64,000 nt of DNA from NCBI RefSeq assembly GCF_004010195.1, contig NC_057749.1:25850033-25914032 (forward strand), read 5' to 3'. The number at the start of each line of letters is the position of its first letter. The first letter of the stretch is position 1. Positions 24,192 to 36,700 of the stretch are shown here, piece after piece. Source of the DNA: Chiloscyllium plagiosum. Its lineage: Eukaryota. The translations under genes were made by a program, and so were the position numbers. The notes under the pieces were generated by a model. The model was not told where the DNA came from, did no database searches, and saw only the letters and a program-made list of their open reading frames with translations.

Positions 24192-24579
24192 GGACTTGTG
24201 GAAAGACACAAACAATACTGCATATGCCCCTCCACAGACCAAATGGGGGTCTAATCACCTCAGCAAATGAGGAGGCTGCTGGGCAGCTTTGGGAACTTGC
24301 ACTCACAAAAGAAATAAATAGAAACAGGTTTTCTCACATCAAAAACCAGTTAAACTTCATTCCCTGCCAAAACACCAAGTTATGTTTAGAATTAATTGCA
24401 AATCAGCCTTCATGATCGAAATTATACTCTAACATAGAACTACACCTCATATACAAAGTTTCTAATCCTTGCTAATTATAACTTAGAAAATGTTTTGTAT
24501 TATAATCCTACATTTAAAAAAAACAAACTAACAGATCTTGAGGAGCTTTTTGATGGAGGACAGGAAGGATGGTTTACTA

Positions 24580-24750
24580 CAAATTTATATTTGTATAGTG
24601 CCTTTAATTACGAAAACAGACCAAAGCCCTTCACATGAACATTATAAAACTAAATGCGACACTAAGCCATGTAGGAGGTATTAGGTCAGGTGAACAAAGA
24701 CTTTACGGAAAAGATAGGTTTAAGGAGTGTCTTAAAGGAGGAAAGTGACG
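24580..24750 (-). mobile_element. L2-like LINE 3' end, probably continuing at about 27140-27540
   Basis: Tail taaaggcactatacaaat on minus; purine-rich L2-like body. Confidence 0.5.
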
Positions 24751-24899
24751 TATAAAACACAAGAGATGAACAAAAACACAAGAAAATAGCACTAGGAATA
24801 AACCCTAAAAGCTAGTTTTGTTCAATATGATTGTGGCCTATTTTGGACTTCAACTCTACTTTCCTACCTGATCCTCCTTCTATCGAGAATCTGTCCTTA

Positions 24900-25435
24900 A
24901 ATCTGGCCAACAATGGAAAAGATGTACTGGCACTGGGTGCAGAGGAGGTTGGCTCGGTTCATTTCAAAATTAAGAAGGTTGTTTTAGGGGGGGGGAGATT
25001 GAGTGGACTGGGACTATACTCGCTGGAATTTAGAGAAATGAAGAGGTATTTTATAGAAACATAAAGTTATGAAGGGAACAGATAGGATAGATGCAGGGAC
25101 GTTAGTTCCACTGGCGGGTGAAAGTAGAACGAGGGGGCATAGCCTCAAAATAAAAGGGAGCAGATTTCGGACTGAGTTGAGGAGGAACTTCTTCACCCAA
25201 AGGGTTGTGAATCTGTGGAATACCCTGCCCAGGGAAGCAGCTGAAGCTGCCTCATCAAATGCTTTTAAGGCAAAAATAGATAGATTTTTGAACAGTAAAG
25301 GAATTAAGGGTTATGGTGAGCGGGTGGTAAGTGGAGCTGAGTCCATGATAAAGATCAGCCATGATCTATTGAATGGCGGAGCAGGCTCGATGGGCCAGAT
25401 GGCCTACTCCTGTTTCCTAGTTCTTATGTTCTTGT
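24900..25435 (+). mobile_element. CR1 3' fragment
   Basis: TRGHSLKIKG..NFFTQRVVNLWNTLP. Confidence 0.9.
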
Positions 25436-25611
25436 AGAGCATTCACAACCCACTGGTGTACAGAATTCTAAAGTTTCACAACCCTTTGAATGAAGCCATT
25501 TCTCCTCATCTCAGTTTGAATGGATCAACCCCTCATCTTAAGGGTATGCCCACAGCCCCCCATCTCCATAAAGGAAACAACCTCTCCTGTCAAATCCATT
25601 CACTAATTGTC

Positions 25612-27120
25612 TCAATAGACAATAGACAATAGGTGCAGGAGTAGGCCATTCTGCCCTTCGAGCCTGCACCACCATTCAATATGATCACGGCTGATCATCC
25701 TTAATCAGCATCCTGTTCCTGCCTTATCTCCATAACCCTTGATTCCACTATCCTTGAGAGCTCTATCCAACTCTTTCTTAAATGAATCCAGAGACTGGGC
25801 CTCCACTGCCCTCTGGGGAAGAGCATTCCACACAGCCACCACTCTTTGGGTGAAGACGTTTCTCCTCATCTCTGTCCTAAATGGTCTACCCCGTATTTTT
25901 AAGCTGTGTCCTCTGTTTCGGCACTCACCCCGCAGCGGAAACATGTTGCCAGCCGCCAGAGTGTCCAATCCTTTGATCATCTTATATGTCTCAACCAGAT
26001 CCCCTCTCAGTCTTCTAAACTCAAGGGTACACAAGCCCAGTCGCTCCAGTCTTTCAGCATAAGGTAATCCCGCCATTCCAGGAATTGACCTCGTGAACCT
26101 ACGCTGCACTCCCTCAATAGACAGAATGTCTTTCCTCAAATTTGGAGAAATTTGGTGTAATGATTTAATGTCTGAGAAACTTGGCAAGAAAAGGTCCCCC
26201 AGAGGTCCTGTCATGTTTAATAGCAGGATCTGATTATATTAAATTCTCTGTTACATGTATCAAGGGACTAACATACATTTAAGGTGGAAATAAATTGAAT
26301 TTTCATCTCTCTCCAGAAACAAGGGATACAGGGAGTAGGTACAAGGGATTTCAATCCAAGTCAGTACTTTGCCCCCAATACCATGCGCCCTAATTTTGCT
26401 CACTAACCTCCTATGTGGGACTTTATCAAAATCTTTCTGAAAGTCCAGGTACACTACATCTACTGGATCTCCCTCGTCCATCTTCAGAGTTACATCCTCA
26501 AAAGATTCCAGAAGCTTAGTCAAGCATGATTTCCCTTTCATAAATCCATGCTGACTCTGACCTATCCTGTTACTACTAACCAGATGTGTCATAATTTCAT
26601 CCTTTATAATAGACTCCAGCATCTTTCCCACCACTGAGGTCAGACTAACTGGTCTATCATTTCCTGCTTTCTCTCTCCCACCTTTCTTAAAAAATGGTAC
26701 AACTTTAACCACCCTCCAATCCGCAGGAACTGATCCCGAATCTATCGAACTCTGGAAAATAATTACCAACGCATCCACGATTTCTCGAGCCACCTCCTTC
26801 AGTACCCTGGGATGTAGACCATCATGTAGACTTATCAACCTTCAGACCTAACAGTCTCTCCAACACCAATTCCTGGCAAATATAAATTCCCTTAAATTCA
26901 GGTCCTTCAGCCATTGTTACCTCAGGGAGATTGCTTGTGTATTCCCCAGTGAACACAGATCTGAAGTACCTATTCAATTCTTCTGCCATTTCTTTGTTCC
27001 CCGTAATATATTCCCCTGTTTCTGTCTTCAAGGGCCCAATTTTAGTTTTAACCATTTTTTTGCCTTTCACATACCTAAAAAAACTTTTACTATCCTCCTT
27101 TATATTATTGGCCAGTCTCT
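25612..27120 (-). mobile_element. Relatively young CR1 ORF2 fragment with internal deletions
   Basis: RPVSLTSVVGKMLES, QHGFMKGKSCLT, VYLDFQKDFDKVPH. The 3' end is nearly identical to 12120-12400. Confidence 0.92.
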
Positions 27121-28242
27121 GTTTTGATCATCTCCTTCTGTACATTAGGTGTTCCAGAGTTTAGGAGACAGGCAGCTGAAGACATAGCCACATACAATAG
27201 TCTAGAACTACAGGAGTGCAGACATCTGAAGGGATTGAGAGATTGGAGGATAATGGAGAGATTGGGAGGATGAGACCATGGAAGGATGTGAAAACAAGAT
27301 CATGGGTTTTTAAAATCAATGCTGACAGACAATGCAATTCAGAGGGTACAGGAGTTACAGTAGAATGGGAATTAGTGTGAAGTGATTCATGAGTAACAGA
27401 ATATCGGATGACCTCAAGTATAGAGAGATGGAAAATGGGACCCTAGCCAGTGGTGTGTGGGAACAGTCAAGTCCAGGCTTAAACAAGGGATTCATCATCA
27501 AATAAGATAAGGCAGGAGGGGGATGTTGAATATCGCTGAGTTAGAAGCACACTGCAGCATTTATGGGAACTTCATATTACAGCTTGAGCATTTGTCTCTG
27601 CCTTATTCATTATCTCTTCTCTCTGTCTGCGAAAGGTTTTAAACAACACAAGGACATACCATCTCACTGTCCTATTCATTTGTTACACTAGCAGACTTAC
27701 AGATGTTGCAACATTACGAGTCTACTCTTGGCTCATAACCAGGTTGAGGTCCACTTTTGTGGGTGTGATCATGTGAACCAAGGCCAAATTCCAGACTTGC
27801 AACTCCAAATATTTTTATTATTCCTCTGGGGGATTCATTTATGATCAGTTGATTTGAAATGGTTTTCAAAGTTTTGAGTATGTCAAGTTACAATGACAAA
27901 TCTGGTACATTTCCCATTTTATATCCTGGACTTTACAATGAATGTTATTGGATTTGACATAGAAATTCAGATCAAGGATCCATTGCAGTACAGTCATTAA
28001 AAACTTACCAGAGACAGCTTCCACTTTGCCAAGGCTTAAGGCTCCAGCTCCCCCTAATGGAGGGCTTCACTCAGATACAAGACAGCACCTCGCGGTGTGG
28101 GGGGAGGATAACAAAGATTGAGGAAGTTAAAAATTACACAACAACAGGTTATAATCCAACCTAGTGTTGTGTGATTTTTAACTTTGTCCACCCCAGTCCA
28201 ACACTGGCACCTCCACACCTTGGCTAGAATAGCCACTTAACT

Positions 28243-28411
28243 CAATCGCACAACACCTGGTTATAGTCCAACAGATTTATTTGGAAGCACTAGCTTTCGG
28301 AGCGCTGCTCTTTTATCAGGTGGCTGTGGAGAATATTCTGGACTATAACCTGGTGTTGTGTGATTTTTAACTTTGTATACCCCAGTCCAATACTGGTGTC
28401 TCCAAATCATG
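28243..28411. mobile_element. Fold-back mini-element (family A)
   Basis: Inverted arms, degenerate minus-strand hammerhead at 28288-28322, TSD acttaact. Confidence 0.8.
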
Positions 28412-28685
28412 ACTTAACTAAAGTTGCCGATCGTAAATCGAATTACCTAGCTGCAAATAAATTAACAAAATGCAAGTAAGACTTTCTTTGTAGTATTTAG
28501 CCACTAGCAACTGGAATTTGGCGCTTGGTGCATGGGATGAAGAGGGTGGTTCTTGCTATTTTGAAATGCTGTCACATTTGTCAGGATGGAGGCAATGAGA
28601 TTATTGATGAAAGCTGAGAGGAGATAAATACGAGGTGTGGTTGAAAATAGGTTGGCTGTGGAGGGGTAAACCCCTTACCTCCTCC

Positions 28686-28790
28686 ATTCTGAGGAAGGGT
28701 TATTCAACCTGAAATGTCAGCTCTGATTTCTCTCCACAGACGCAGCCAGACCTGCTGAGCTTTTCTAGCAATTTCTGCTTTTGTCTCCCA
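28686..28790 (+). mobile_element. Penelope pLTR fragment with hammerhead motif (family D)
   Basis: CTGAGGA-A-GGGTT-attc-AACCT-GAAA-TGTC followed by the recurring ctctccacaga...cagacctgctgagc tail. Confidence 0.65.
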
Positions 28791-28879
28791 TACAGGACAG
28801 GACCCAGCCTCATCTTCTGCCTGGGTACCTTACAGCTTTCAGGATTCGACACTGAGATTAACAATCGCCTCTATATTTG

Positions 28880-28974
28880 ATGTGGAGGTGCTGGTGTTGG
28901 ACTGGGGTTGACAAAGTTAAAAATCTCACAACACCAGGTTGGACTATAACCTGGTGTTGTGTGATTTTTAACTT
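28880..28974. mobile_element. Very short fold-back mini-element (family A)
   Basis: aagttaaaaatctcacaacaccaggtt / aacctggtgttgtgtgatttttaactt plus tail. TSD cctctat(a/c)tttg. Confidence 0.8.
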
Positions 28975-29935
28975 CCTCTATCTTTGTTACCCTTCCCCCA
29001 CATCCCGAGGTGCTGTAGTGTATAAACCTGCTGTCCAACAGATTTATTCTAGCCAAAGTATTCTTCCATCAGGGTGTAAAACCTGTCAGTTGGGGCATTT
29101 TTAAACAAAGGGTTTCCTCAAGGTTGAAGGTTATCACATGACCACACAGATTAGTGGAGATCCCCTTGTATTGCTCATCAGAGGTCAGATGATAAGCTTT
29201 TATAATGACCCATGTGTTGCATCATTTAATGGACAAATTATCATTCAGCTTTTAAATCAAAGGTATGTGCAGATTTCCCTGAACCTTCAATCTTATTCCT
29301 GCAAAAACCGAAGTCAGTGAGAACCTAGCATTTTGCTGAGACAGTGGGTTTACAGATTATGCTGTTATACCTCCAGGTTAAAAGGAAACAAGTCTGTTAT
29401 TTTTTGTTAACACCGTTGACTCTTACAAGTCAAACGGATGTGGAGGAGACACAGGACTTTCTGTATCTGTTTTATCTCTCTTACAGTTGAAATCAATATT
29501 CACTGGAGGCTTACAGACTTCCTCTTCAGTCTTGGTTTTGATTGTGGTGGCTTTGTGCGTCCGGCAGGCAAACTGCCTGTTCAGCTTGGGAGGTATGTCA
29601 CATAGCAACTAAGGAGCTAGACATAGAAACTGGGAGGATCGAGAAGGAGAGAGACGGAAGGGGGAGGGGTACAAGAGTAGATAAGGTACAGCAGCTGGAG
29701 ATCTCAGTGAGTCGGACAGCATCCAGACAGAGAGAGAGCTCGAGTCTAGACCCGAAACATTACCTTGCTCTCTCTCCATGGGTGCTGTCTGACCCACTGT
29801 GATCTCCAGCATTTGCGGTTTTCAGCACAGATTCCCGCATCTACAGTAATTTGCTCCTAAAGTACATCAGCTTCTGACCTCATTTTAAATTATGAGTAAA
29901 CACCTTATTGGTGAAGGCTCCTTATTTAAATATGT

Positions 29936-31130
29936 TAGCGAATTTTGAGAAGATTTGTAACTCAGGTTGAGGTTTTGGATGTAGGTTTGCTCACTGAGCT
30001 GCAAGGTTCATTTCCAGATGTTTCATTACCCTACTAGGTAACATCTTCAGAGGGCCTCTGGCAAAGCAATGCTGAAAATTCCTGTTTTCTATTTATATGT
30101 TTGGGTTTCTTTGGGTTGGTGATGTCATTTCCTGTGGTGATGTTATTTCCTGTGGTGAAGTCCCTTTCTGTTCCTTTTCTCAGGGGGTGGTAAATGGGGT
30201 CTAACTCGATGTGTTTATTGATAGAGTTCCGGTTGGAATGCCACGCTTCTAGGAATTCTCGTACATGTCTTTGTTTGGCTTGTCCTAGGATGGATGTGTA
30301 GTCCCAGTCAAAGTGGTGTCCTTCCTTACCTATATGTGAGGATACTAGTGAGAGAGGGTCATTTTTTTGTGGCTAGTTGGTGTTCATGTATCCTGGTGGC
30401 TAGTTTTCTGTCAGTTTGTCCAATGTAGTGTTTGTTACAGTTCTTACATGGTATTTTGTAAATGACATTAGTTTTGCTGGTTGTTTGTATAGAGGGTCTT
30501 TCAAGTTCATTAGCTGCTGTTTTAGTGTGTTGATGGGTTTGTGGGCTACCATGATGCCAAGGGGTCTGAGTAGTCTGACAGTCATTTCTGAGATGTCTTT
30601 TATGTAGGGGAGAGTGGCTAGGGTTTTTGGACGTGTTTTGTCTGCTTGTTTGGGTTTGTTGCTGAGAAATCGGTGGACGGTGTTCATTGGGTACCCATTC
30701 TCACCAAATACCATGTATTCAAAAAGAATGGGTACACAATGAACACAGTCTGCCGATTTCTCAACAACAAACCTAAACAAGCAGTCAAAACACGTCCAGA
30801 AACCTTAGCCACTCTCCCCTATATCATGGTAACCCACAAACCCACCAACACACTAAAACAGCAGCTAATGAACTTGAAAGACCCTATACAGAAAATGAGC
30901 AATACTAATGTCTTTTACAAAATACCATGCAAGGACTGTAACAAACACCACAGGAAATAACATAATCACAGGAAATGACATCACCAACCCAAAGAAACCC
31001 AAACATATAAATATTAAGCAGGAATTTTCAGCATTGCTTCGCCTGAAGCCCACTGAAGATGTTACCTAGTAGGGTGACGAAACATCTGGAAATGAATCTT
31101 ACAACTCAGCGAGCAAACCTACATCCAAAA
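29936..31130 (-). mobile_element. Penelope-like element of the same family, with long inverted arms
   Basis: Minus arm encodes ENGYPMNTVHRFL..TLPYIKDISE plus GIY-YIG. The plus arm (about 30720-31130) is an internally deleted inverted copy. TSD tttaaatatgt (29925-29935 and 31131-31141). Confidence 0.92.
31050..31089 (+). ncRNA. Minimal hammerhead motif, intact core (family C)
   Basis: CCA-CTGAAGA-T-GTTACCT-agta-GGGTGAC-GAAA-CATC-TGG in a Penelope pLTR. Sister copies: 30014-30053 (-), 1572-1611 (+, GAAA mutated), 1116-1155 (-, GAAA mutated). Confidence 0.8.
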
Positions 31131-31209
31131 TTTAAATATGTAAATATAATTTCAGTGGCATGATTGGAACCCATTGGTTAAAAAGTGGATACTGGACCAA
31201 ACCCAGCTG

Positions 31210-31490
31210 ACATGGTGGCTCAGTGGTTGGCACTGCTGCTTCACAGCACCAGGGACCTGGGTTCAATTCCAACCTCAGGCTACTGCCTGTGTGGAGTTTG
31301 CACATTCTCCCTGTGTCTGTGTGGGTCTCCCCCCCACAGTCCAAAGATGTGCAGGCTAGGTGAATTGGCCATGCTAAATTACTCTAGGATGTGGTGTGGG
31401 TTAACCATGGGGAAAATATAAGTGTATGGGGGTGGGCTATTCTTTGGAGAGTTGGTATGGCCTGCTTCCACACTGTAGGTATTCTATAAT
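31210..31490 (+). mobile_element. HE1-type SINE
   Basis: Head, core and tail present. Confidence 0.8.
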
Positions 31491-31632
31491 TTTTCAATCC
31501 AAAACAACTCAGCTTTGACATAAAGTATGATATTGAGCCATATATTGGTATGAATTATGGATCGATTGGCTCAATAGGGCTGCTCGCTCACTACAGAGAG
31601 AGGTGATGGTTTAACCTGCGGGTCACCATGCT

Positions 31633-32062
31633 TGTTGAGGAAATTACTTAGTCTGAGACTTCGAGTCTTGTTTCAAGAAGCTTTATATTTTGTAAATTCA
31701 CGGAGAGGCAGAGACAGTCTCCACTGTCTAACAGCACTCGCTCGAGCTGAACAGTCAGCCTATACTTATACAATGATACAAACAATATTGCTTATATTCC
31801 ACAGTTTACAATAATTCAAGATAAAGATAAGCAGCTATCGCCTTGTTGCTCAAGGACAGAAAAGGTAACGAGCTCAGGAAGCAGCCCCACTAATGAGACT
31901 ATGATATACTCCTTATATTTGTCAAATTATAATTACACAACCTCAGTCATTATTTCCAGCAGTATTTTTCCACTAAAGCGGGAGGCTGAGAGCCAAGATA
32001 GCTTTTACCTTGGACAAGTATCCCATCATGCAGCAGTATGCCAATTTCTTACTACTTCCACA
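31633..32062 (-). mobile_element. Probable solo LTR related to the ERV LTR
   Basis: Same termini (tgttga...ttccaca on plus) and shared cccatcatgcagc near the end. It splits an older SINE-like repeat (ggtcacca / cctcagg). TSD degenerate. Confidence 0.6.
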
Positions 32063-32207
32063 ACACCTCAGGTGAAAGGAGAGATTAAGAAGGACAGTCC
32101 TTCATGGTGACCTAAGCAGATGTGAGAATTGAATCCATGCTGTTGCCAACATGCTGCAATCAAAACCAGCCGTGCAGCCAAGGTGTATTGGCTAATAGGA
32201 TACAGAG

Positions 32208-32299
32208 TCGAGAGTGTGGTGCTGGATAAGCACAGCGGTCAGGCAGCATCCGAGGAGCAGGAAAATCTCTGTTTCGGGCATAAGCCCTTCATCAGGAAT
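32208..32299 (-). mobile_element. Family B pLTR fragment; hammerhead has lost its cleavage triplet
   Basis: CTGATGA-A-GGGC-ttat-GCCC-GAAA-CAGA. TSD aatagga(t/a)acagag. Confidence 0.75.
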
Positions 32300-33210
32300 A
32301 ATAGGAAACAGAGGGTGGACATAAATGGCTCATTTTCAGGTTGACAGATATGACTAAGTGACATCCACACAGATCAATTTCGGAACCTCAATTCCTCATA
32401 AATTATATGAATAACTTTATTGAAAGAACCAATTCTGAGGTTTCTATGTTAGCTGATGATACAAAGGACAGGAAAGTAAGCTGTGAAGAGGAAATAAAGA
32501 GACTCAAAGGTAGGTAGATTGTTTAAGTGAGCGGGTAAGAACTTTGCAAATGGAGAAGCATGTGTAAAAGTGTTTACAAGATAACCAGGAAAGCAGCATA
32601 TTATTTATATTATGGTCAGCACATTGAGGCAGCATTAGAGCATACTGCTGAACCATAGCGCCAGGGACGTGGGTTCAATTCTAGCCTTCATTGACTGTCT
32701 GTGTGGAGTTTGCATGTTCTCCCCGTGTCTCCATGGATTTCCTCCCACAGTCCAAAGATGTGAAGGTTAGGCGGATTGGCCGTGCCAAAATGCCTCATAA
32801 TATTCAAGGATGTGCAGGCTAGGTAGGTTAACTATGGTAAATGTGGGGTTATGAGGATAGGGTGGCATGCTCTTCAGAGGGTCAGTGCAGACTTGATGAG
32901 CTGAATGGCCTATCTCCGCACTGTAGGAATTCTATGGTTCTATTTAAATAGGGAGAGATTGTAGAACACTGAGGTGCAGAGGGACCTGGGTTTTCTGGTA
33001 AATGAATCACTAAAGGATAGCATGCAGATACAACAAGTGATTAGGAAAACAAATAAAATATTGTTGCTCATGCAAAGGAAATACACTATATAAGTAGGGA
33101 TACTTGACTACAGTTGTATAGAATACTGGTGAGGGCACATCTGGAAAGCTGTGTAGCTTAAGTCTCCTTATTTAAGAAAGAATGGAGTTAGCAGCTCAGA
33201 GAAGTACCTG
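32300..33210 (+). mobile_element. Decayed CR1 RT fragment
   Basis: gctgatgatacaaag (ADDTK), RDLG-like motif. Confidence 0.75.
32630..32942 (+). mobile_element. HE1-type SINE nested in CR1
   Basis: Head, core and tail present. Confidence 0.75.
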
Positions 33211-33299
33211 GAATGTGAAGTGAAGTGGGTAGGACAGCAGTTGAGTCAGTCAAGATGATTACCCAAATATGAAGCCTTCAAAGTTAATCTTGAGGCTAT

Positions 33300-33652
33300 T
33301 AGAGTCATAGAATCTTACAGCAAGGGAATTGACCCTTTGGTCTAACCAGGCCATGCCGAACATAATCCCAAACTAAACTAGTCCCACCTGACTGCTCCTT
33401 GACCATATCCCTCCAAACCTTTCCTATTTATGTACTTATCCACATGTCTTTTAAATATTGTAATTGTACCATCATCCACCACTTCCTCAGGAAATTTATT
33501 CCACACATGAACCGCCTCCGTGCAAAATCTTTGCCCCTCATGTCTTTTTTAAAATCTCTCACCTCGCACCTTAAAAACGTAACCCCTAGTCTTGAAGTCT
33601 CCCATCCTAGGGAAAAGACACCTACCATTAACTCTATCCATACCCCTCATGA
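33300..33652 (-). mobile_element. CR1 3' end; same family at about 775-965, 46050-46550, 52020-52390 and 59265-59700
   Basis: Shared 3' UTR (actagtcccacctg..ccatatccctccaaac). Confidence 0.85.
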
Positions 33653-34419
33653 CAAAACAAAATTCACTGCAACAGGACAAATGATGTAGAGTGTTCAAAC
33701 AATGGAAAGGAAGATTGGGAGCTCCAGATAGTAAATTTTAAGCAAAATCCACTTACCTCTTTTGATTTTTGATTTGATCTATTATTGACAAATGTACGTA
33801 GCTACAGTGAAAAGTTTTGTTTGGCGTGCAGTACAGGCAGGTACCATACAAAGTGCATCAGCGTAATAGAACAGAGCAATGAATACAATTTTTATGGGAG
33901 CAGCGAAGATGCACAAAGAGCAAGATCAACATTAAACTTAAAAATTTGATAGGTCCAGTGCGTTGTTATTAGACTTTTGAATGGACATCCCAAATTTAGG
34001 AAGCGCCTTTATGGAAATGCTGAATTTTCTGAGCATCCTGAGGAAATAGAGGAAATAACATCAATGTGGGGGAAGGAAGTCTCGAGCTTGCACGATAGAG
34101 AAAGAGTGACTGACCATTGTCTTTGTTTATAAACATTTTAAACAATTTCTATTTGTGAGAGACTAAGTGACAATGGAGTCTAACCTCAAGGCACATCAAA
34201 ACATCTTCCTCAAATCACTTTTATCAGCTCGAGACTTGCATTAACATGCCAGAGGAGATTTTCAGGGTTTTGCAAGCGGGTTAGGTGGGCTTGGATCGGC
34301 GCAACATCGAGGGCCAAAGGGCCTGTACTGCGCTGTATTCTTCTATGTTCTATGTTCTATGTTCTATTAACATGCCAGAGGAGATTTTCAGGGTTTTGCA
34401 AGCGACGAAGCCATTGACT

Positions 34420-36700
34420 ACTGTACAGATCCTAGAAGGCTCCAAATATGTTTTTACAATCTTGGCTGTCTTCATAGTGAATATTGCCTTGAAGTTCATG
34501 AAAATGAGACTAATTTAGCATCTGCTGAAGAAAGCTCCAGATATCCTCAAGAGCAGCCTGAAAGACAAGAGCTGAAAATGAAGGGAGTAAATAACTGTGA
34601 TTACTGCTACAGACTGGATGAGCGGCATGGTAGCAGTGTAAAAAAAAACTTGTATAACAGAGTGTGCATCGGTCCAAAGGATCGCAATAAAGCATCAAAG
34701 AGATCTCAACAATCCATTGCAAACTGTTGAAGAAATTTGGCCACAACTCACTTAGGCAAAGGTCTTTATTACCTTTGATACAAACAATAGATACTGCTAC
34801 ATGAAGCTGGATGAAAACAGTAGCTTTTTAACTATATTCTTGACAAAATTTGGGAGTTACAGGTGGTTCAGCAAGTCATTGGGTACTTCCACTGCCCTTG
34901 AAGAGTATCGATGCAGGCAGCACAAGATAGTCTGTGATCATCCTAAAGTGGAAGCTACTGTGGAAGATCTGTTGGTCTATGGATGTGGAAGAAGCCATGA
35001 CAGCTCATAATATAGTGTGTTTCTCCAAACAAAAAAAAAGCTACAATCAAACGTAGCTTAAACCAAGCACATAGTCATGTATGTAGATGGCAACAAAGAG
35101 TTTGGTCAGATCCTGCCAAGGTGAGAGCTGAAGCAGAGATGTAGTGGCTAACAGATATTAAAATAATGGATTTGTGACTATTGTGCAAAGTTCTTACCTT
35201 ACTTGTCATCACAGTGTGGACTTCTGTGCAAGTTCACAATACAGTGTTATTGGGGCACGAAGAAATCAAACAGTAGAATCAAACAACAATGATGCCAAGG
35301 TCTGCGTTGAGGTGCTATAACATCAATGATAAAATCATCTTGTGAGGACAGCAAGACAGGACTCAGAGCAACCACTATGCTGCAAGGATAGCCAGTTACA
35401 TTTAGGATTTGAATGTAAACTCAACATCACTGGACTCAGATAGAGAAAGAGTGACTGACTATTGTCTTTCTTTATAAGCATTTTAAACAGTTTCTTTTTG
35501 GGAGAGACTAAGTGACAATGGAGTCTAACCTCAAAGCACATCAAAACATCTTCCTCAAATCACTTTTATCAGCTCCAAAGCATCTACAAATAGCATCACT
35601 TAGCTTGCTCTGTACATGGCATACATTCAAGGGAAACAGATGTATCTTTCCCACATACGGTTGAGACAGCTCTTTACGAAGTAAGCTGAGGATGCTGAGA
35701 CGGGGTGTGAAATCTTCCGGATCCAATGATAAGCAACAGCTCAGTATACTCTGAAAGTCATCAAGTCACCAATCCAGCAAAGTTATTCAACCAGAAAGGC
35801 AGGTGTCTCAATTAGACAAACACGGCAACAAGATGCAACTCTTTAAGTACCGCAGCTGTAAGGATGAATGAAAAGGGCATGAAAGCATTAAGGAAATAGC
35901 TGCTGCAACATAGCATTGGTCATATAGAGGTGAAGTCATAGCCCAAGACAGCATTTTGAATAGGGGATTTAGAGGCATTAAGTCTAAGGAAATGAGAAAA
36001 GGGGATGCTGATTTGCATCCTCACAAGCCATCAATGAATTCAGTCCAGTCTGAGGAAGCCAAGAGAAGTCTGTACTGGCCAAACATCATTCAGAGCAACA
36101 TCAGTCAGTACATTGCTTGGAATAAATACCAGGCTAAACAAGCTGAAGAGTTGCTTCTGACACATGGCATCCTCAACAGACCATGAATAAAGGTTAGAAT
36201 AGACTTCTTCACTCTCATAGGAACTGCTTAACTTGTAATTGTTGACTACTATTCTGACTGCTGGGAGTTTGGTAAACTCATGTCACCATCTACAGGAGAA
36301 ATTACAGAATGCCTTAAAACACACTTCCGTCAGTACTGAACTCAAACATTAAGGGAGTGACAATGTACCTCAATGAACGAGAGGAAAATTCAGCTACTTC
36401 ATCATGGTCTGAGGAATTCAAGACTATCCATCCCAGTCAAATGAGGCAGCAGTGCATATCACCAATGGTATCATATTCAGCAAATCCAGATTTGACTTGT
36501 ACAAGGAATCTGTGAGTGGAGACACACATCTATGTATGAATTGAGAGTAGGCCAATCCAACGACTGATATAATGTCGCATGCAAACTATTAACAAAAACC
36601 TACCAAAGCCAGGATCAGTGCCAAAATCAATGCAAAAAGACAAAAAGCAAAATGTCATTTTCATAAAACTGCCACAAAATAACTGTCAGCCCACATGACA
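34420..36700 (+). pseudogene. Decayed Gypsy/Ty3 pol (RT, RNase H, integrase)
   Basis: LDENSSFLTIFLTKFGSYRWFSKSLGTSTALEEY resembles the Gypsy RT motif (LTTFxTPFGRYRW.RMPFG). Also RVCIGPKDRNKA, and AKRSLYWPNI and THGILNRP of integrase. Many stops. Confidence 0.8.

Noticed and set aside
33750..34045. Possible minus-strand exon (acceptor near 34040, donor near 33755)
   Set aside because: It spans a Rex1-like tail and the peptide resembles nothing expected after a SEA exon.
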